From an uncultured Acidobacteriota bacterium (lineage in GTDB: Bacteria; Acidobacteriota; Terriglobia; Acidiferrales; UBA7541), in the NCBI GenBank assembly GCA_963824515.1, contig CAWGPN010000018.1, positions 54,910 to 118,909 on the forward strand: 64,000 nucleotides of DNA. Reading direction: 5' to 3'. Shown here piece after piece: positions 30,048 to 40,810 of the stretch. The position numbers and the translations under genes are program-made. The notes under the pieces were generated by a model that was not told the DNA's origin, made no database searches, and saw only the letters and a program-made list of their open reading frames with translations. How positions within the stretch are numbered: position 1 is the first letter of the stretch; every line of letters begins with the position of its first letter.

Positions 30048-32705
30048 ATGAAAGCCGTTGACGAAAAGACCAAAGCTCCCGAATCGAAGTCCACTACTCC
30101 CGAATCGAAGTCGAGGTCCGACCCAAATCACAAAAACGATCTGAAAACCCTGCCGATGGCGGAGTTGGAGAAGAAATTAGGATCGTCTGCGAAGGGCCTC
30201 AGCCAAGCCGAGGCGCAGAAACGGCTTACGCAATATGGTCCGAACCAGATCGCGGAAAAGAAAACTAATGTATTCCTAAAGTTCCTCAGCTATTTCTGGG
30301 GCCCCATTCCGTGGATGATCGAAGGGGCGGTGATTTTGTCGGGGGTCGTCCGGCACTGGCTGGATTTCTTCATCATTCTCTTTCTGCTGCTCTCCAACGC
30401 GGTAGTGGCGTTTTGGGAGGAACATCAGGCGGGCAACGAAATTGCCGCGTTGCGAGCCAAGCTGGCGGTCATGGCCAAAGCGCTGCGAGATGGAAAGTGG
30501 ATCGAACCGAAGGTATCTGAACTGGTGCCAGGCGACGTCATCCGTCTGCGGCTGGGGGACATCGTGCCTGCCGATGCGCGGTTGTTGGCAGGCGATCCCG
30601 TTCAAGTCGATCAGTCCGCGTTGACCGGAGAATCTTTGCCTACGACGCGCAAACCGGGAGAGGCGGTGTTTTCTGGCTCGGTTATCAAGCGGGGCGAAGC
30701 CGACGCGATGGTGTATGCCACCGGTGAAAAAACTTACTTCGGCAAGACGGCGCAGTTGGTTCAGGGAGCTCATACCGTCAGCCATTTCCAGCGTGCCGTG
30801 CTCAAAATTGGCGATTACCTGATCGTTCTCGCGGTGGCCTTGGTGGCGGTGATCGTTACCGTGGCGCTCTTCCGTCACGATCCAATCCTCAGCACGTTGG
30901 AGTTCGCCCTGGTGCTTCTGGTGGCCGCGATCCCAGTGGCGATGCCCACGGTGCTGTCCGTAACGATGGCTGTCGGCGCACGTCTGCTGGCAAAGAAACA
31001 AGCGATTGTGACCAAACTTTCGGCCATCGAGGAACTAGCTGGCGTGGATGTGTTGTGCTCGGACAAGACCGGCACCCTCACCCAAAACAAGTTGACGCTG
31101 GGCGATCCTTTCTGCCTCGGCAATATCCCCGCTGACCAGGTCATTCTATGGGCCGCATTGGCTTCGCGTGCGGAAGATAAGGACACCATTGACCTGGCCG
31201 TGATCGGTGGCGTAAAGGACGATAAGGCACTAAAGGCTTATCAGATACTCCATTTCCAGCCGTTCGACCCGGTGCATAAGCGCACCGAAGCTACGGTCAA
31301 AGCTCCGGACGGAAAACAGTTCTTTGTGGCCAAAGGCGCGCCGCAGGTAATTCTGGAAATGTCCACCAACGGCGGCGAAGTGAAACCCGCCGTCGAGAAA
31401 GCCGTCAACGAGTTTGCGGGCCGCGGCTTTCGTTCCTTGGGCATAGCCCGGGCGGATCAGGAAAATAAGTGGCAGTTTGTTGGCGTGTTGCCCATGTTCG
31501 ATCCACCTCGCGAGCAGGCCAAAGCAACCATCGCGAGCGCCGGGCACATGGGTGTGAAAGTCAAGATGGTCACCGGCGACCAATTGGCCATTGCCCAGGA
31601 AACAGCCCGCCAACTTGGGATGGGCACGAACATCCTTGATGCCGCCGTGTTGCGCGATTCGAAGAATCAGCAGTCGGCGCAGTCGGTCGAGTCCATCGAA
31701 AAAGCCGACGGCTTCGCCCAGGTATTCCCCGAAGACAAATACAACATTGTCGACGTGTTGCAAAAGCACGGCCACATCGTCGGTATGACCGGTGATGGTG
31801 TGAACGACGCCCCCGCGCTGAAGAAAGCGGACTGCGGCATAGCGGTTTCCGGCGCGACCGACGCCGCTCGTGCAGCAGCATCCATCGTGCTGCTGGCCTC
31901 CGGCCTCTCCGTGATCATCGACGCGATCAAGGAGAGCCGCCGCATCTTCCAGCGGATGAATAGCTATGCGATTTACCGCATAGCAGAAACGTTGCGCGTT
32001 CTGTTCTTCATGACTCTGACGATCCTGGTCTTTAATTTCTACCCAGTGACCGCGGTGATGATCGTGATAATCGCCGTGCTGAACGACGGAGCAATCCTCT
32101 CCATCGCCTATGACAACGTTCATTACAAGGATAAGCCCGAGGCGTGGAACATGCGCCTGGTGCTGGGCATCTCCACAGTGCTGGGCGTCACGGGGGTCGT
32201 GGCTGCGTTTGGACTGTTTTATCTTGGCGAGCGCGTATTTCACCTCGACCACGCGCACGTCCAAACGCTGATGTACCTGAAGCTGTCCGTGGCCGGACAT
32301 CTGACGATTTTCCTGACGCGCACACGCGGTCCATTCTGGTCCATCCGCCCCGCCCGGATTTTGTGGATTGCAGTGCTCGGCACACAAACCGTGGCGACCT
32401 TGATTGCCGTTTATGGGTTGTTTATGACGCCCCTCGGCTGGGGATGGGCTGGGTTCGTTTGGGGCTATGCCCTGATTTGGGCCCTTGTGAATGACCGCGT
32501 GAAATTGCTCGCCTATCGGATTTTGGACCGCACGAAAGCTCCCTCGTTGGCCGAGAAAACGCCCGATCTTACGCCTCGGATCGCCGCACGAGCCTATGAA
32601 CTCTACCAGCAACGAGTCCGGGGTGAGAGTCCGGCCGATCAAGACTGGCAGGAGGCCGAGCGCGAGATTCGGAAGGATGCGACGGCAAAGACGAAGGCCG
32701 TATGA
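30048..32705 (+). CDS. Plasma-membrane-type proton-efflux P-type ATPase (P3A) with a C-terminal DUF2934-like tail
   Basis: FWGPIPWMIE, TGES, IPVAMP, DKTGT, KGAP, GDGVNDAP, LNDG; tail RIAARAYELYQQR...DWQEAERE. Confidence 0.93.
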   Translation: MKAVDEKTKAPESKSTTPESKSRSDPNHKNDLKTLPMAELEKKLGSSAKGLSQAEAQKRLTQYGPNQIAEKKTNVFLKFLSYFWGPIPWMIEGAVILSGVVRHWLDFFIILFLLLSNAVVAFWEEHQAGNEIAALRAKLAVMAKALRDGKWIEPKVSELVPGDVIRLRLGDIVPADARLLAGDPVQVDQSALTGESLPTTRKPGEAVFSGSVIKRGEADAMVYATGEKTYFGKTAQLVQGAHTVSHFQRAVLKIGDYLIVLAVALVAVIVTVALFRHDPILSTLEFALVLLVAAIPVAMPTVLSVTMAVGARLLAKKQAIVTKLSAIEELAGVDVLCSDKTGTLTQNKLTLGDPFCLGNIPADQVILWAALASRAEDKDTIDLAVIGGVKDDKALKAYQILHFQPFDPVHKRTEATVKAPDGKQFFVAKGAPQVILEMSTNGGEVKPAVEKAVNEFAGRGFRSLGIARADQENKWQFVGVLPMFDPPREQAKATIASAGHMGVKVKMVTGDQLAIAQETARQLGMGTNILDAAVLRDSKNQQSAQSVESIEKADGFAQVFPEDKYNIVDVLQKHGHIVGMTGDGVNDAPALKKADCGIAVSGATDAARAAASIVLLASGLSVIIDAIKESRRIFQRMNSYAIYRIAETLRVLFFMTLTILVFNFYPVTAVMIVIIAVLNDGAILSIAYDNVHYKDKPEAWNMRLVLGISTVLGVTGVVAAFGLFYLGERVFHLDHAHVQTLMYLKLSVAGHLTIFLTRTRGPFWSIRPARILWIAVLGTQTVATLIAVYGLFMTPLGWGWAGFVWGYALIWALVNDRVKLLAYRILDRTKAPSLAEKTPDLTPRIAARAYELYQQRVRGESPADQDWQEAEREIRKDATAKTKAV

Positions 32706-32771
32706 ACGTCCTCCTGTGCCGCGAGAGCGGGGAGCGTAGCCGGTGCGGTTCGTAACACCAAGAAGACGAAG

Positions 32772-33641
32772 ATGAAAATCAATTCAAAGGATTTTAGACT
32801 GCGGGCAGGGAAGAAGGTCAAACTGCGAGATTGGCCGACGATCATAAAACCGTTCTGCAAATCGAAGAAGCGGTATGAAGAACTCCTTGAAGAAAACGTT
32901 ACGGAATTGAGCTTGTTGCAACGCCTTCACTACGCTTCCGGTCACTACGCATTGCTGCTGATTTTTCAGGCATTGGACGCGGCTGGCAAGGACGGCTCCA
33001 TCCGGCACGTCATGTCCGGCGTAAATCCGGAAGGCTGCGAGGTTTTCAGTTTTAAAGAGCCGAGCGCCGAAGAACTGAAACATGACTTTCTCTGGCGCAC
33101 GACGTGCCGTCTCCCTGAACGCGGGAGGATCGGCATCTTCAATCGTTCTTATTACGAAGAAGTGCTCGTCGTTCGGGTGCATCCGGAGATTCTTCGCAAT
33201 CAAGGCCTCCCCGAGGAGTTGCGCGACGAGAAGACCATTTGGAAGGAGCGCTATCGTTCCATCGTGGATTTGGAGGATCATCTCGTCCGTAACGGAACGC
33301 ACATCGTCAAAATTTTCCTCCACTTATCGAAGAACGAGCAGCGCAAGCGCTTCCTCGATCGTATTGATGAGCCGGACAAGAACTGGAAATTCAGCCTCGC
33401 CGACATTCACGAAAGGAAATTCTGGAAACATTACACGAAGGCGTACGAGCAATGCATGCACGCCACTAGCACCCATCACGCGCCTTGGTACGTCGTTCCC
33501 GCTGATGATAAAGAGAACGCCCGGCTGATCGTTTCCCGAATTGTTCTGGATGCGCTCGAAGATCTAAAGATGGCCTACCCCAAGACCAGCGCAAAACGCC
33601 GGCGGGAATTGAAATTGATGGAAAAGCAGTTGGCGAAGTAA
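32772..33641 (+). CDS. ppk2: Polyphosphate kinase 2 family (class III-like)
   Basis: [43 protein letters not shown]. Confidence 0.92.
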   Translation: MKINSKDFRLRAGKKVKLRDWPTIIKPFCKSKKRYEELLEENVTELSLLQRLHYASGHYALLLIFQALDAAGKDGSIRHVMSGVNPEGCEVFSFKEPSAEELKHDFLWRTTCRLPERGRIGIFNRSYYEEVLVVRVHPEILRNQGLPEELRDEKTIWKERYRSIVDLEDHLVRNGTHIVKIFLHLSKNEQRKRFLDRIDEPDKNWKFSLADIHERKFWKHYTKAYEQCMHATSTHHAPWYVVPADDKENARLIVSRIVLDALEDLKMAYPKTSAKRRRELKLMEKQLAK

Positions 33642-33651
33642 CGGCTGGATT

Positions 33652-34404
33652 ATGGCTTCTTCTCTGACAAGTGCGGCCAGGACGGTCTCGAAATGTCCAC
33701 ACCCTGCGGATGACCATATCCTGGAGGCAGATCGCACACGGATGCTCGCAAGTTCGAGCGTTCAAGTCATTGCCGTATTGCTGCCGAAGGCGGCGCGGCT
33801 TTGGCTCTTTCACCTCGGCGGCCTGGGTCTGATTCCTCTCGGGCTTCTGGACAACTCGCCCATCCCCATTCCAGGCACCATGGATCTGGCAACGATTGCC
33901 CTGTCCGCGCAACAAGAGAAGCTGTGGCTTTACTATGCCTTGATGGCGACGGCGGGTTCGCTGATTGGGGGTTTTGTCACCTACAGGCTTGCTCGCAAAG
34001 GAGGAAAAGAAGCACTCGAACGCAAGTTCTCGCGCCGAAAAGTGGACAGAGTGTGCAAAATCTTCGGACGATGGGGATTCGGCGCCATTGCCATCCCCGC
34101 CTTCCTGCCGCCGCCTATGCCCATAGTTCCATTTCTGTTTGCGGCGGGAGCAATGCAGTACCCTGCGGTAAAATTTCTGATTGCGCTCGCGGTCGGCAGG
34201 ATTTCCAGATACCTGCTCTTGGCTTACTTTGCCGCACGTTATGGGCGGCAAATCATCGCGTTCATGGAGGAACACGGTCATCCCCTCGTATTGGCCATCA
34301 TCGCGGTACCGATCGTCGTCGCTTCCCTGATTTTCTACTTCTGGGGAGCGAGGAAGAACAAGAATCGGAAGCGGAATAAAATTGCGAAAGGCCGCTCGGT
34401 ATGA
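33652..34404 (+). CDS. DedA/YqaA (VTT domain) membrane protein (start probably 33741)
   Basis: GLLDNSPIPIPG..D, GSLIGG..TYRLARKGG, LPPPMP..FLFAAG, GRISRY. Confidence 0.85.
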   Translation: MASSLTSAARTVSKCPHPADDHILEADRTRMLASSSVQVIAVLLPKAARLWLFHLGGLGLIPLGLLDNSPIPIPGTMDLATIALSAQQEKLWLYYALMATAGSLIGGFVTYRLARKGGKEALERKFSRRKVDRVCKIFGRWGFGAIAIPAFLPPPMPIVPFLFAAGAMQYPAVKFLIALAVGRISRYLLLAYFAARYGRQIIAFMEEHGHPLVLAIIAVPIVVASLIFYFWGARKNKNRKRNKIAKGRSV

Positions 34405-34489
34405 CACCAGTCGTTGGGTTCGCAAAACGATGCCTCGGCGTGTCCTTGTTGGGCACGCCGTCGATGGGAATTCTTTCCTCATATTTGTG

Positions 34490-34650
34490 CGAGGCGACTG
34501 GCGAGGCGGTTTCCGCAGCCATCCTCAGCGCCGCGCTTTACGAATGGCTTACTCCGCGCGACGAGTACGGCTTGGCCGACAACGTGCCGTCCGCGCTTCG
34601 ATACTAGTTCGGCGGCGATAAGAAAGTGTCCTCCGCCAAGAAAGTAGGTG
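34490..34650 (+). pseudogene. gnd: C-terminal fragment of 6-phosphogluconate dehydrogenase, with internal stop
   Basis: EAVSAAILSAALYEWLTPRDEYGLADNVPSALRY*FGG, directly upstream of zwf. Confidence 0.6.
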
Positions 34651-34892
34651 TCTGATGGCAGCCCCCCGTTCCGATGCGCTGGTCCTCTTCGGTGTCACCG
34701 GCGATCTTGCTCATAAGATGATCTCCCAGGCCCTCTATGCGATGGCGAAACGTGGTGCCCTCAAGGTCCCGGTTATCGGCGTCGCTTTCCCGAAGTGGAG
34801 TCTGGAACGTCTTCGCAAACGCGTCACGGACAGTATCAAGCGATCAGATGGAATCGATAACAGGCCTGTCCTAAAACGTCTTCTGTCCCTTT

Positions 34893-35816
34893 TCAGTTAT
34901 GTGAGCGGGGATGGCTCTGTTGACATCCTTGCGAACGGCTGGGGTGCCTCAAGCGATAGAGGTTGTAAGTGAGCCCGAGTAGCAAGGCTTGGCGAATTTG
35001 CGATGTCAACAAGCGCCCCGGAGCGCGCGAGGAGAGTTTCCGTTCAACTACTGAGAAGATGGTTTCGTTCTTCGCGCGTGGCCCATACTGTTTCCGTGGA
35101 AAAGCCCGGTGCATTTGGCTACGGATCGCTCCTCGGGGGAGGCCGCGGCGAAGGTTCGCCGGGATGATGCTACGCGCGCGCAGGCGTTGGCGAATGTGTT
35201 GATGGTTGGCTTCGGAATCGAACTCCGCATCGGCCAGCACCAAGCCGAGGGGCGCACGTGCTCCGGCCACATTCAGCAACCCGGGCAGCGCCGGGGCGTC
35301 GCAACGCGGTCCGGGATGGGCCTGCTGCGCCAGCAAAATCTGTTGCTGCAAATCCGCAACGACCAGCCATTTCAACCAGCGACGATGGGGCGCCCTTCCA
35401 TGGGCCTGTTGTTCGATGCGGCGGAGAAAGAAGGTGCTGACGGCGTTCTGCGACAGCCCCGTGCCGTCCACGCCGGCCGTCACCCGTGCCGAGCGCCGGC
35501 CGCGGCGCAACTGGCGCACGGTTTCTTCCAGTCCACGGTCGATGGTGTCGTCGTCCAGCCGTTTCAGGAAACGATACAAAGTGGTGTAATCGGGCACGCT
35601 TTCCAACTGCAGCGCTGCGCGCAACTCGCCATGCTCGCGTAATCGCACTTCGGCTTCGCGAAAGGTCCAGTCTTCGTAGCGCATCAGGCACAGCACCGCC
35701 AGCAACTGCGGCTGGGTGAACTGATGTTTGCTGAAGCGACTGCGGTAGGGCGGCAAGACCCGCGTGGCCACCTGCAAGGCCACGCGAGCAAAGGGCAGGA
35801 GTCCCACTTCGGCCAT
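34893..35816 (-). CDS. DDE transposase (IS5/IS4 superfamily)
   Basis: PDYTTLYRF, VDGTG, LADAEFDSE, Y..R..NETIFSVVERK; RBS AGGAGG. Confidence 0.9.
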   Translation of the reverse strand: MAEVGLLPFARVALQVATRVLPPYRSRFSKHQFTQPQLLAVLCLMRYEDWTFREAEVRLREHGELRAALQLESVPDYTTLYRFLKRLDDDTIDRGLEETVRQLRRGRRSARVTAGVDGTGLSQNAVSTFFLRRIEQQAHGRAPHRRWLKWLVVADLQQQILLAQQAHPGPRCDAPALPGLLNVAGARAPLGLVLADAEFDSEANHQHIRQRLRARSIIPANLRRGLPRGAIRSQMHRAFPRKQYGPRAKNETIFSVVERKLSSRAPGRLLTSQIRQALLLGLTYNLYRLRHPSRSQGCQQSHPRSHN

Positions 35817-35904
35817 CGTCCCTCCTGCTTGATCAGAAAACACGCACGCCGCCCCCTTGTCGACCCCGCAAAATCGAGACTGTGCCGAGGATGTCAACAG
35901 AGCC
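34913..35904 (-). mobile_element. IS5-family (IS903-like ends) insertion sequence
   Basis: Perfect 17-bp IRs GGCTCTGTTGACATCCT (34913-34929, 35888-35904); 9-bp TSD AGCGGGGAT (34904-34912, 35905-35913). Confidence 0.93.
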
Positions 35905-35930
35905 AGCGGGGATTATAAAGACTCGGCAGC

Positions 35931-36305
35931 TCACGAGAACCCCTCTCCCCGTTCTCACTGTTCTCAAAAAACACCATCGTCGCGCTCCGAGAGTCTGCCG
36001 CGAGACTCGCGATCCGCTGCTCAAATTCGACAAGAATTTGATAGCCTAGCGCCGAGTGCAAGCGCTGCTGATTGTAGTAGTGTTCGATGAACTCTTCGAC
36101 GTTCGCACGCATGTGGTCAAGGTCGTGGTACCTGTTGGCGTAGATTTCTTCTCGCCTGAGCGTCTTCATGAAGCTCTCACAGCTTGCATTGTCGTACGGG
36201 TTCGCCGGCCGACTCATGCTCGAAACCATGCCGTTCTTCTCCAGCACCGTCACGTATTTCGCGCTCGCATATTGAAAGCCTCGATCGGAGTGGTGAACTA
36301 CAGAG
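35931..36305 (-). pseudogene. IS3-family transposase C-terminal (rve) remnant
   Basis: HHSDRGFQY, SMSRPANPYDNASCESFMKTL, YNQQRLHSALGY. Confidence 0.85.
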
Positions 36306-36346
36306 GACAGGATCGCTTACTACTTGCAGGCGATCCAGCAGCGGAG

Positions 36347-38297
36347 CTAGCGGGCTCGAGCGAGGTGGAAGAAGAAGAGTAGCGAAAGCTGGGCGTCGCG
36401 GAAAAGATTCAACGCAACGCGGTGTAGAGGTATGCGAAACCAACGGCGCTCGGCCCAATTCTGCTTGGCGGCGTGCCAGAACCAATGGAGGTCGGCTCGC
36501 GTATACACCTTGCTCGAAGCAAGGAGCGGAATCCACCTGGCCCAGAACAGCTGGAGCTTGGAGGGAATGCGCAGTTCCGGGAAGTGCGACTTGGCTTGCA
36601 CATAGGCGAGCTGCAGATCGGCGACTTTTAGCCTGCCATAGGCGGCGCTGATCCTTGCCAATTCCTCACTCACGCGCCGCTCGACTTCACTCGGGTGGTG
36701 GCTCTGCAGCCATAGCTCTTCCATCTCGAGGAGTATCCGCATCATGCCGGCGAGATGGGCGCGGATCTCGCCAGCGCGAGAGGTGTAATACTTCCAATGG
36801 GAGAGGATCGGAAAGCCGGGGCGGCGGTTCTTACGGCCCTTCAGCCGGAAGAAGCCGCACATCATCGGGTGCCGCCCTTCGGTCAGAATCGAATTCTTGT
36901 ACCAGACGAAGCGCAGAAAATTGTTCCAGTAGTTGCACGCGGGCGTGCGCTGTAGCAACGCCTTCATATTTTCAAGGCTGTAGAAAGTGCGCCAGGCCTC
37001 GAGATAAAGCTCCTTCCACTCGCCGGTCCGTTAGGTTGGGATGGACACTAACCGCGTGGTGGGAATCGTAGCGGTTGAAGTCGGGATGCATCCATTCCTC
37101 GCGGCGCAACATTCCCAAGTGGTCCTGCGAGCCGGGCAAGGGCATCAGCATGAAGAAAGAAGCGTGGTCGGGCCGCACCTCCTGCATAAGGTATGCCAGG
37201 TCGCGACGGACTGACTCGGCGGTGTCGCCCGGGAATCCGATGATATAGCCGACGTGAGTGGATATCTCGTTGCCACGATAGGCCTCGATTAGCTGCGAGT
37301 ATTCATTCACGTGATTCTGGTTCTTGCCGGCCGCCTTCAGGTTGTCGGTGTTCACGCTTTCCATGCCGATGAACACGTTGATACAGCCAGCGCGGCGCGC
37401 CTTGGCCACGAAACCCTTAATCTTCCAGGAGAGCACGTCCACCTGCATCATGAATTCGACCGGGATTTGTTCTTCCTCCCGCAGGCGGATGAGTGCGTCG
37501 AAGATGGCTTCCCAATTCTTGTTCCGCGCAAAATTGTCGTCGGTGAAGAAGTAGAACGAGATGCCATGGGCGCGATAATTCTGGCGGACCGCCCGGGCGA
37601 TGTGTTCGGCGGAGCGGAAGCGCATCTTGCGGCCCTGGACGTTGATGATTGTACAAAAGCTGCACTCGAAGGGACAGCCACGCCCACAGTCGATCGTGCC
37701 GAAGTTGGGCGCCACGAACTTGCGGAGGTATTTCTTGCGGATTGTGGGAATCGGCTTGTCGTACAAGTCTGGCTTGTTGTTGAGGAAATCATAGAGTGGC
37801 TTCAGCCGGCCGTTGACGGCATCGCAAAGTAGTTCGCCCCAGGTCTCTTCGACCTCGCCTTTCACAATCGTTACGCCTTCGTCCATGAGTTGTTGGATGT
37901 CCGGCGGGATCTCGGGCAGAAGCGCCAGATTGCCGCTGACGTGGAAACCACCGATCATCACGGTCAGACCTGCTCGACGGAACACGCGAGCCAGGTCGGC
38001 CGCGCGAGGAAATTGGTTGGTTTGAACACCGACCAGACAAACAATCGTCTTGGTATTGTCATCGCGCTGCGACCGGCAGATGTGTTTCACTGGTACACGA
38101 TCTACACTCTCGTCGAGCAGGTGGATTTTCACCTGTAGCGATTCCCCTAGCCGTTTTTGGGCCACGACGTCTTCGGTCAGCCCCGCCATGCAAGCCAGCG
38201 TATTGCTCGGCAACACGCCACGCCAGTGGCGCACAACGTAACCGTCGTCGTCATACTGTGTGGGCTTGATCAGATAGACGTGAAGCTCTTTCAACAT
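36347..38297 (-). CDS. Cobalamin-binding radical SAM protein (one frameshift near 37015)
   Basis: LVGVQTNQFPRA..IGGFHVSG B12-binding-like region; RGCPFECSFC; FFTDDNF; FIGMES; YIIGFPGD. Confidence 0.85.
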
Positions 38298-38621
38298 ACA
38301 TTCCGCCGGTTAGATTTCGGAGATCTGCGTTCGCCACCCGGACCCTGACGGATACTGATGAGCAAGAGGATGAGAGAACGATACGCCTCAGCCCCGGCGC
38401 TTCAGTGTTCGCTGACGAATTGCACCGTCAGCTCAGCCGCACCACCAGATCATCTGTGTGCGAGTGTGGAATTTGGCTCCGGTTTCTATCCCAATTCACG
38501 CTTACTACCTATGGTATCTACTGCCACGAGCCGGACCGGACTCAGGTAAGTGTACACTGATCGCCCACGAGGTGCATGCGTCATGAAATCAAAATCATCG
38601 AGCCAGGATTTCCGTTTTGGA

Positions 38622-38725
38622 CTTCCAGACAAACGGCGCCGAACGGCAGAATCTCACGATGCGGATGGGGATGAGGCGTTTTACGCGGCATACAGACAGG
38701 TTCAGCAAGAAAGTTGAGAATCACT
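38622..38725 (+). pseudogene. IS1-family transposase C-terminal remnant
   Basis: T..AERQNLTMRMGMRRFTR.T..FSKKVENH. Confidence 0.75.
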
Positions 38726-38772
38726 TCTACCTCGCTTGCTTTTCCCGCCCCCGCCCAATAACCTGTCTATTT

Positions 38773-39549
38773 ATGCGATGGCAAAAAGGGAGCGTCGCGA
38801 TCTGCTTGGCGCTGACATGGCTGAGCTTGGGACAAGTCTCTCCATCCGCGCACGATCAACGGGTGCGGGAGATCGTGGACCGAGTGGCTCGACTGTATAT
38901 CAGCCAATCCACGATCGCCACGATGGAAATGCGGATTATCAAGAAAGACAAGCAAAGGAATATCTCGATGCAGTTCTGGTCGCTCGATGAGTCGAAGATC
39001 CTTGTCCGCATTCTCCTGCCGCGGGAAGATGCGGGCACGGCCATCCTAAAAGTTGGCAACCAGATCTGGTACTACCTGCCGAAAGCGAAGCGCACGGTAA
39101 AGATTCGAGCTTCGATGATGTCGAGCTCGTGGATGGGCAGTAACTTCACCCTCGATGACTTGGTGAAACAGAGTCGCCTCACCAACGACTATGTGATTGC
39201 GACCGTTTTTGAAGGACAGCGTGACGGGGTCGCGGTGTCTGAATACATCCTGACACCCAAGCCGGCCGCGGTGGTGGTGTGGGGAAAAATTACTTTGGAG
39301 GTCCGCCAAGCCGATGGGATGCCCGTCTGGCAGCGGTTCTATGACGAGGACGGGAAGCTGGTCCGGGAACTGACCTTTTCCGAGTACAAAACCGTGAGCG
39401 GTAGACGCATTCCGACGCGTCTGGTCATGCAATCCATGGACAAGTCCGGTAAGAAGGCGGTTGAACAGACGACGATCACGTACGAAAAGATTGTCTTCGA
39501 CGAGCCGATTAGCCAGAAGCTGTTTTCCATGGGGAATCTGAAGCAATGA
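38773..39549 (+). CDS. Outer-membrane lipoprotein-sorting (LolA-like) periplasmic protein
   Basis: Signal peptide; DAGTAILK..QIWYYLPK..KI..SMMSSSWMGSNFT.DD; FYDEDGKLVR. Confidence 0.85.
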   Translation: MRWQKGSVAICLALTWLSLGQVSPSAHDQRVREIVDRVARLYISQSTIATMEMRIIKKDKQRNISMQFWSLDESKILVRILLPREDAGTAILKVGNQIWYYLPKAKRTVKIRASMMSSSWMGSNFTLDDLVKQSRLTNDYVIATVFEGQRDGVAVSEYILTPKPAAVVVWGKITLEVRQADGMPVWQRFYDEDGKLVRELTFSEYKTVSGRRIPTRLVMQSMDKSGKKAVEQTTITYEKIVFDEPISQKLFSMGNLKQ

Positions 39550-40808
39550 GCGGACGGCTGCTGCGGCTCGCGTGGCGCAATCTTTGGCGTAATCCCCGGC
39601 GGACGCTGATCGCCATGACGGCGATCGGCTTCGGCTACGCCATGCTGCTGTTCGTTGCGTGCCTGATGGCCGGACTGAGGCAGCAGATGATCGAGACTGG
39701 CACGGGCCTTCTTCTCTCTGATGTTGAAGTGCAAGCTCCGGGTTACTACCCGGAACGTCCCATTGACCAGACCTTGGGAGGGCCAAACGGGACAGACGTC
39801 AGCGCGCTTGTCGCCGCCATCGCCGCCAATCCCCGCGTTCAGGCTGCCAGTCCCCGGGTGTACGGCTACGGCTTGGTCAGCGCGACCCAGCAATCGGTTG
39901 GAGTGCAACTGCTCGGCGTCGACCCCGGTCAGGAGCATAAGATTACTACGCTGCAAACTCGGATGGTAAAAGGGAGCTATCTGACCGGTCGGATGCCCAA
40001 AGGTGTGGTGATGGGAGATAAACTCGCCGCCACGATTGGCGTCGGCGTGGGGTCGGAAATCGTCCTGTTGGCGCCGGCGGCCGATGGTTCGATGGGAAAT
40101 GATCGGTACACGGTAGCCGGGCTGTATCACACGGGGCTTGACGCCATGGACCGGGGTCTGGTGATCATGCCGCTTGCTTCTCTGCAGGAGCTGTTGCGCT
40201 TACCGGCGGGAGGGATCCATGAAGTTGGGATCAAGCTCCATGATGATGGCATCACTGCGGCGACGGCTACGGCGGCAGTCCTTCAGGCTCAATTGAGCAA
40301 GACCTTTCCGGTTCGGGCGAGGGCTTGGCCCGCGTTGGTGCCGGAGCTGGCCGACTACGTCGAGTTCAACCGTCGTGTTACTTTTATCCTCTTTTTCATC
40401 TTTTTCCTGTTGGCGGTCATGGGCATCGTCAATACCATGCTCATGGCGATCATCGAGCGCACACGTGAGTTCGGCATGCTGATGGCTGTGGGAATGCGTC
40501 CGGCGCAGGTGGTTGGTCTCATTGTGACGGAGGCGGCCAGTTTGGCGGCGGCCAGTCTAGTTTTGGGAGGAGGGCTTGGGGCGCCGCTTCTTTGGTATTT
40601 GCAGGTTCATGGACTGAACCTGGGAGGCGGTCGAGGCGCGATCTCTCTGGCCGGAGTCGTGGTGGGCCCCCACTGGTACGGCCGGCAGGATTTCACTGCC
40701 TACGCTCAGGCCGCTCTGGGGCTGGCCGTCACCGCTCTGGTCGCGGCCCTCTATCCTGCGGTGCGTGCGGCTCGCTTTCGGCCGGCATCGGCGCTGCGAA
40801 AGGTTTAG
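39546..40808 (+). CDS. ABC transporter permease, LolE/MacB-FtsX type
   Basis: LAWRNLWRNPRRT, NTMLMAIIERTREFG, YPAVRAAR. Confidence 0.9.
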   Translation: MSGRLLRLAWRNLWRNPRRTLIAMTAIGFGYAMLLFVACLMAGLRQQMIETGTGLLLSDVEVQAPGYYPERPIDQTLGGPNGTDVSALVAAIAANPRVQAASPRVYGYGLVSATQQSVGVQLLGVDPGQEHKITTLQTRMVKGSYLTGRMPKGVVMGDKLAATIGVGVGSEIVLLAPAADGSMGNDRYTVAGLYHTGLDAMDRGLVIMPLASLQELLRLPAGGIHEVGIKLHDDGITAATATAAVLQAQLSKTFPVRARAWPALVPELADYVEFNRRVTFILFFIFFLLAVMGIVNTMLMAIIERTREFGMLMAVGMRPAQVVGLIVTEAASLAAASLVLGGGLGAPLLWYLQVHGLNLGGGRGAISLAGVVVGPHWYGRQDFTAYAQAALGLAVTALVAALYPAVRAARFRPASALRKV

Positions 40809-40810
40809 CG

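Larger units (their letters stand above)
34655..35930 (+). pseudogene. zwf: Glucose-6-phosphate dehydrogenase 5' part, interrupted by an IS and then truncated
   Basis: DALVLFGVTGDLAHKMI..ALY; YVSGD before the IS continues as SGDYKDSAA after it. Confidence 0.85.

Noticed and set aside
30076-30112. 16-bp direct repeat CTCCCGAATCGAAGTC at 21-nt spacing
   Set aside because: Small in-frame duplication in the disordered ATPase N-terminus
38617-38772. N-terminal extension of the LolA-like ORF as a novel fusion
   Set aside because: It is an IS1 remnant that happens to be in frame; the signal peptide starts at 38773
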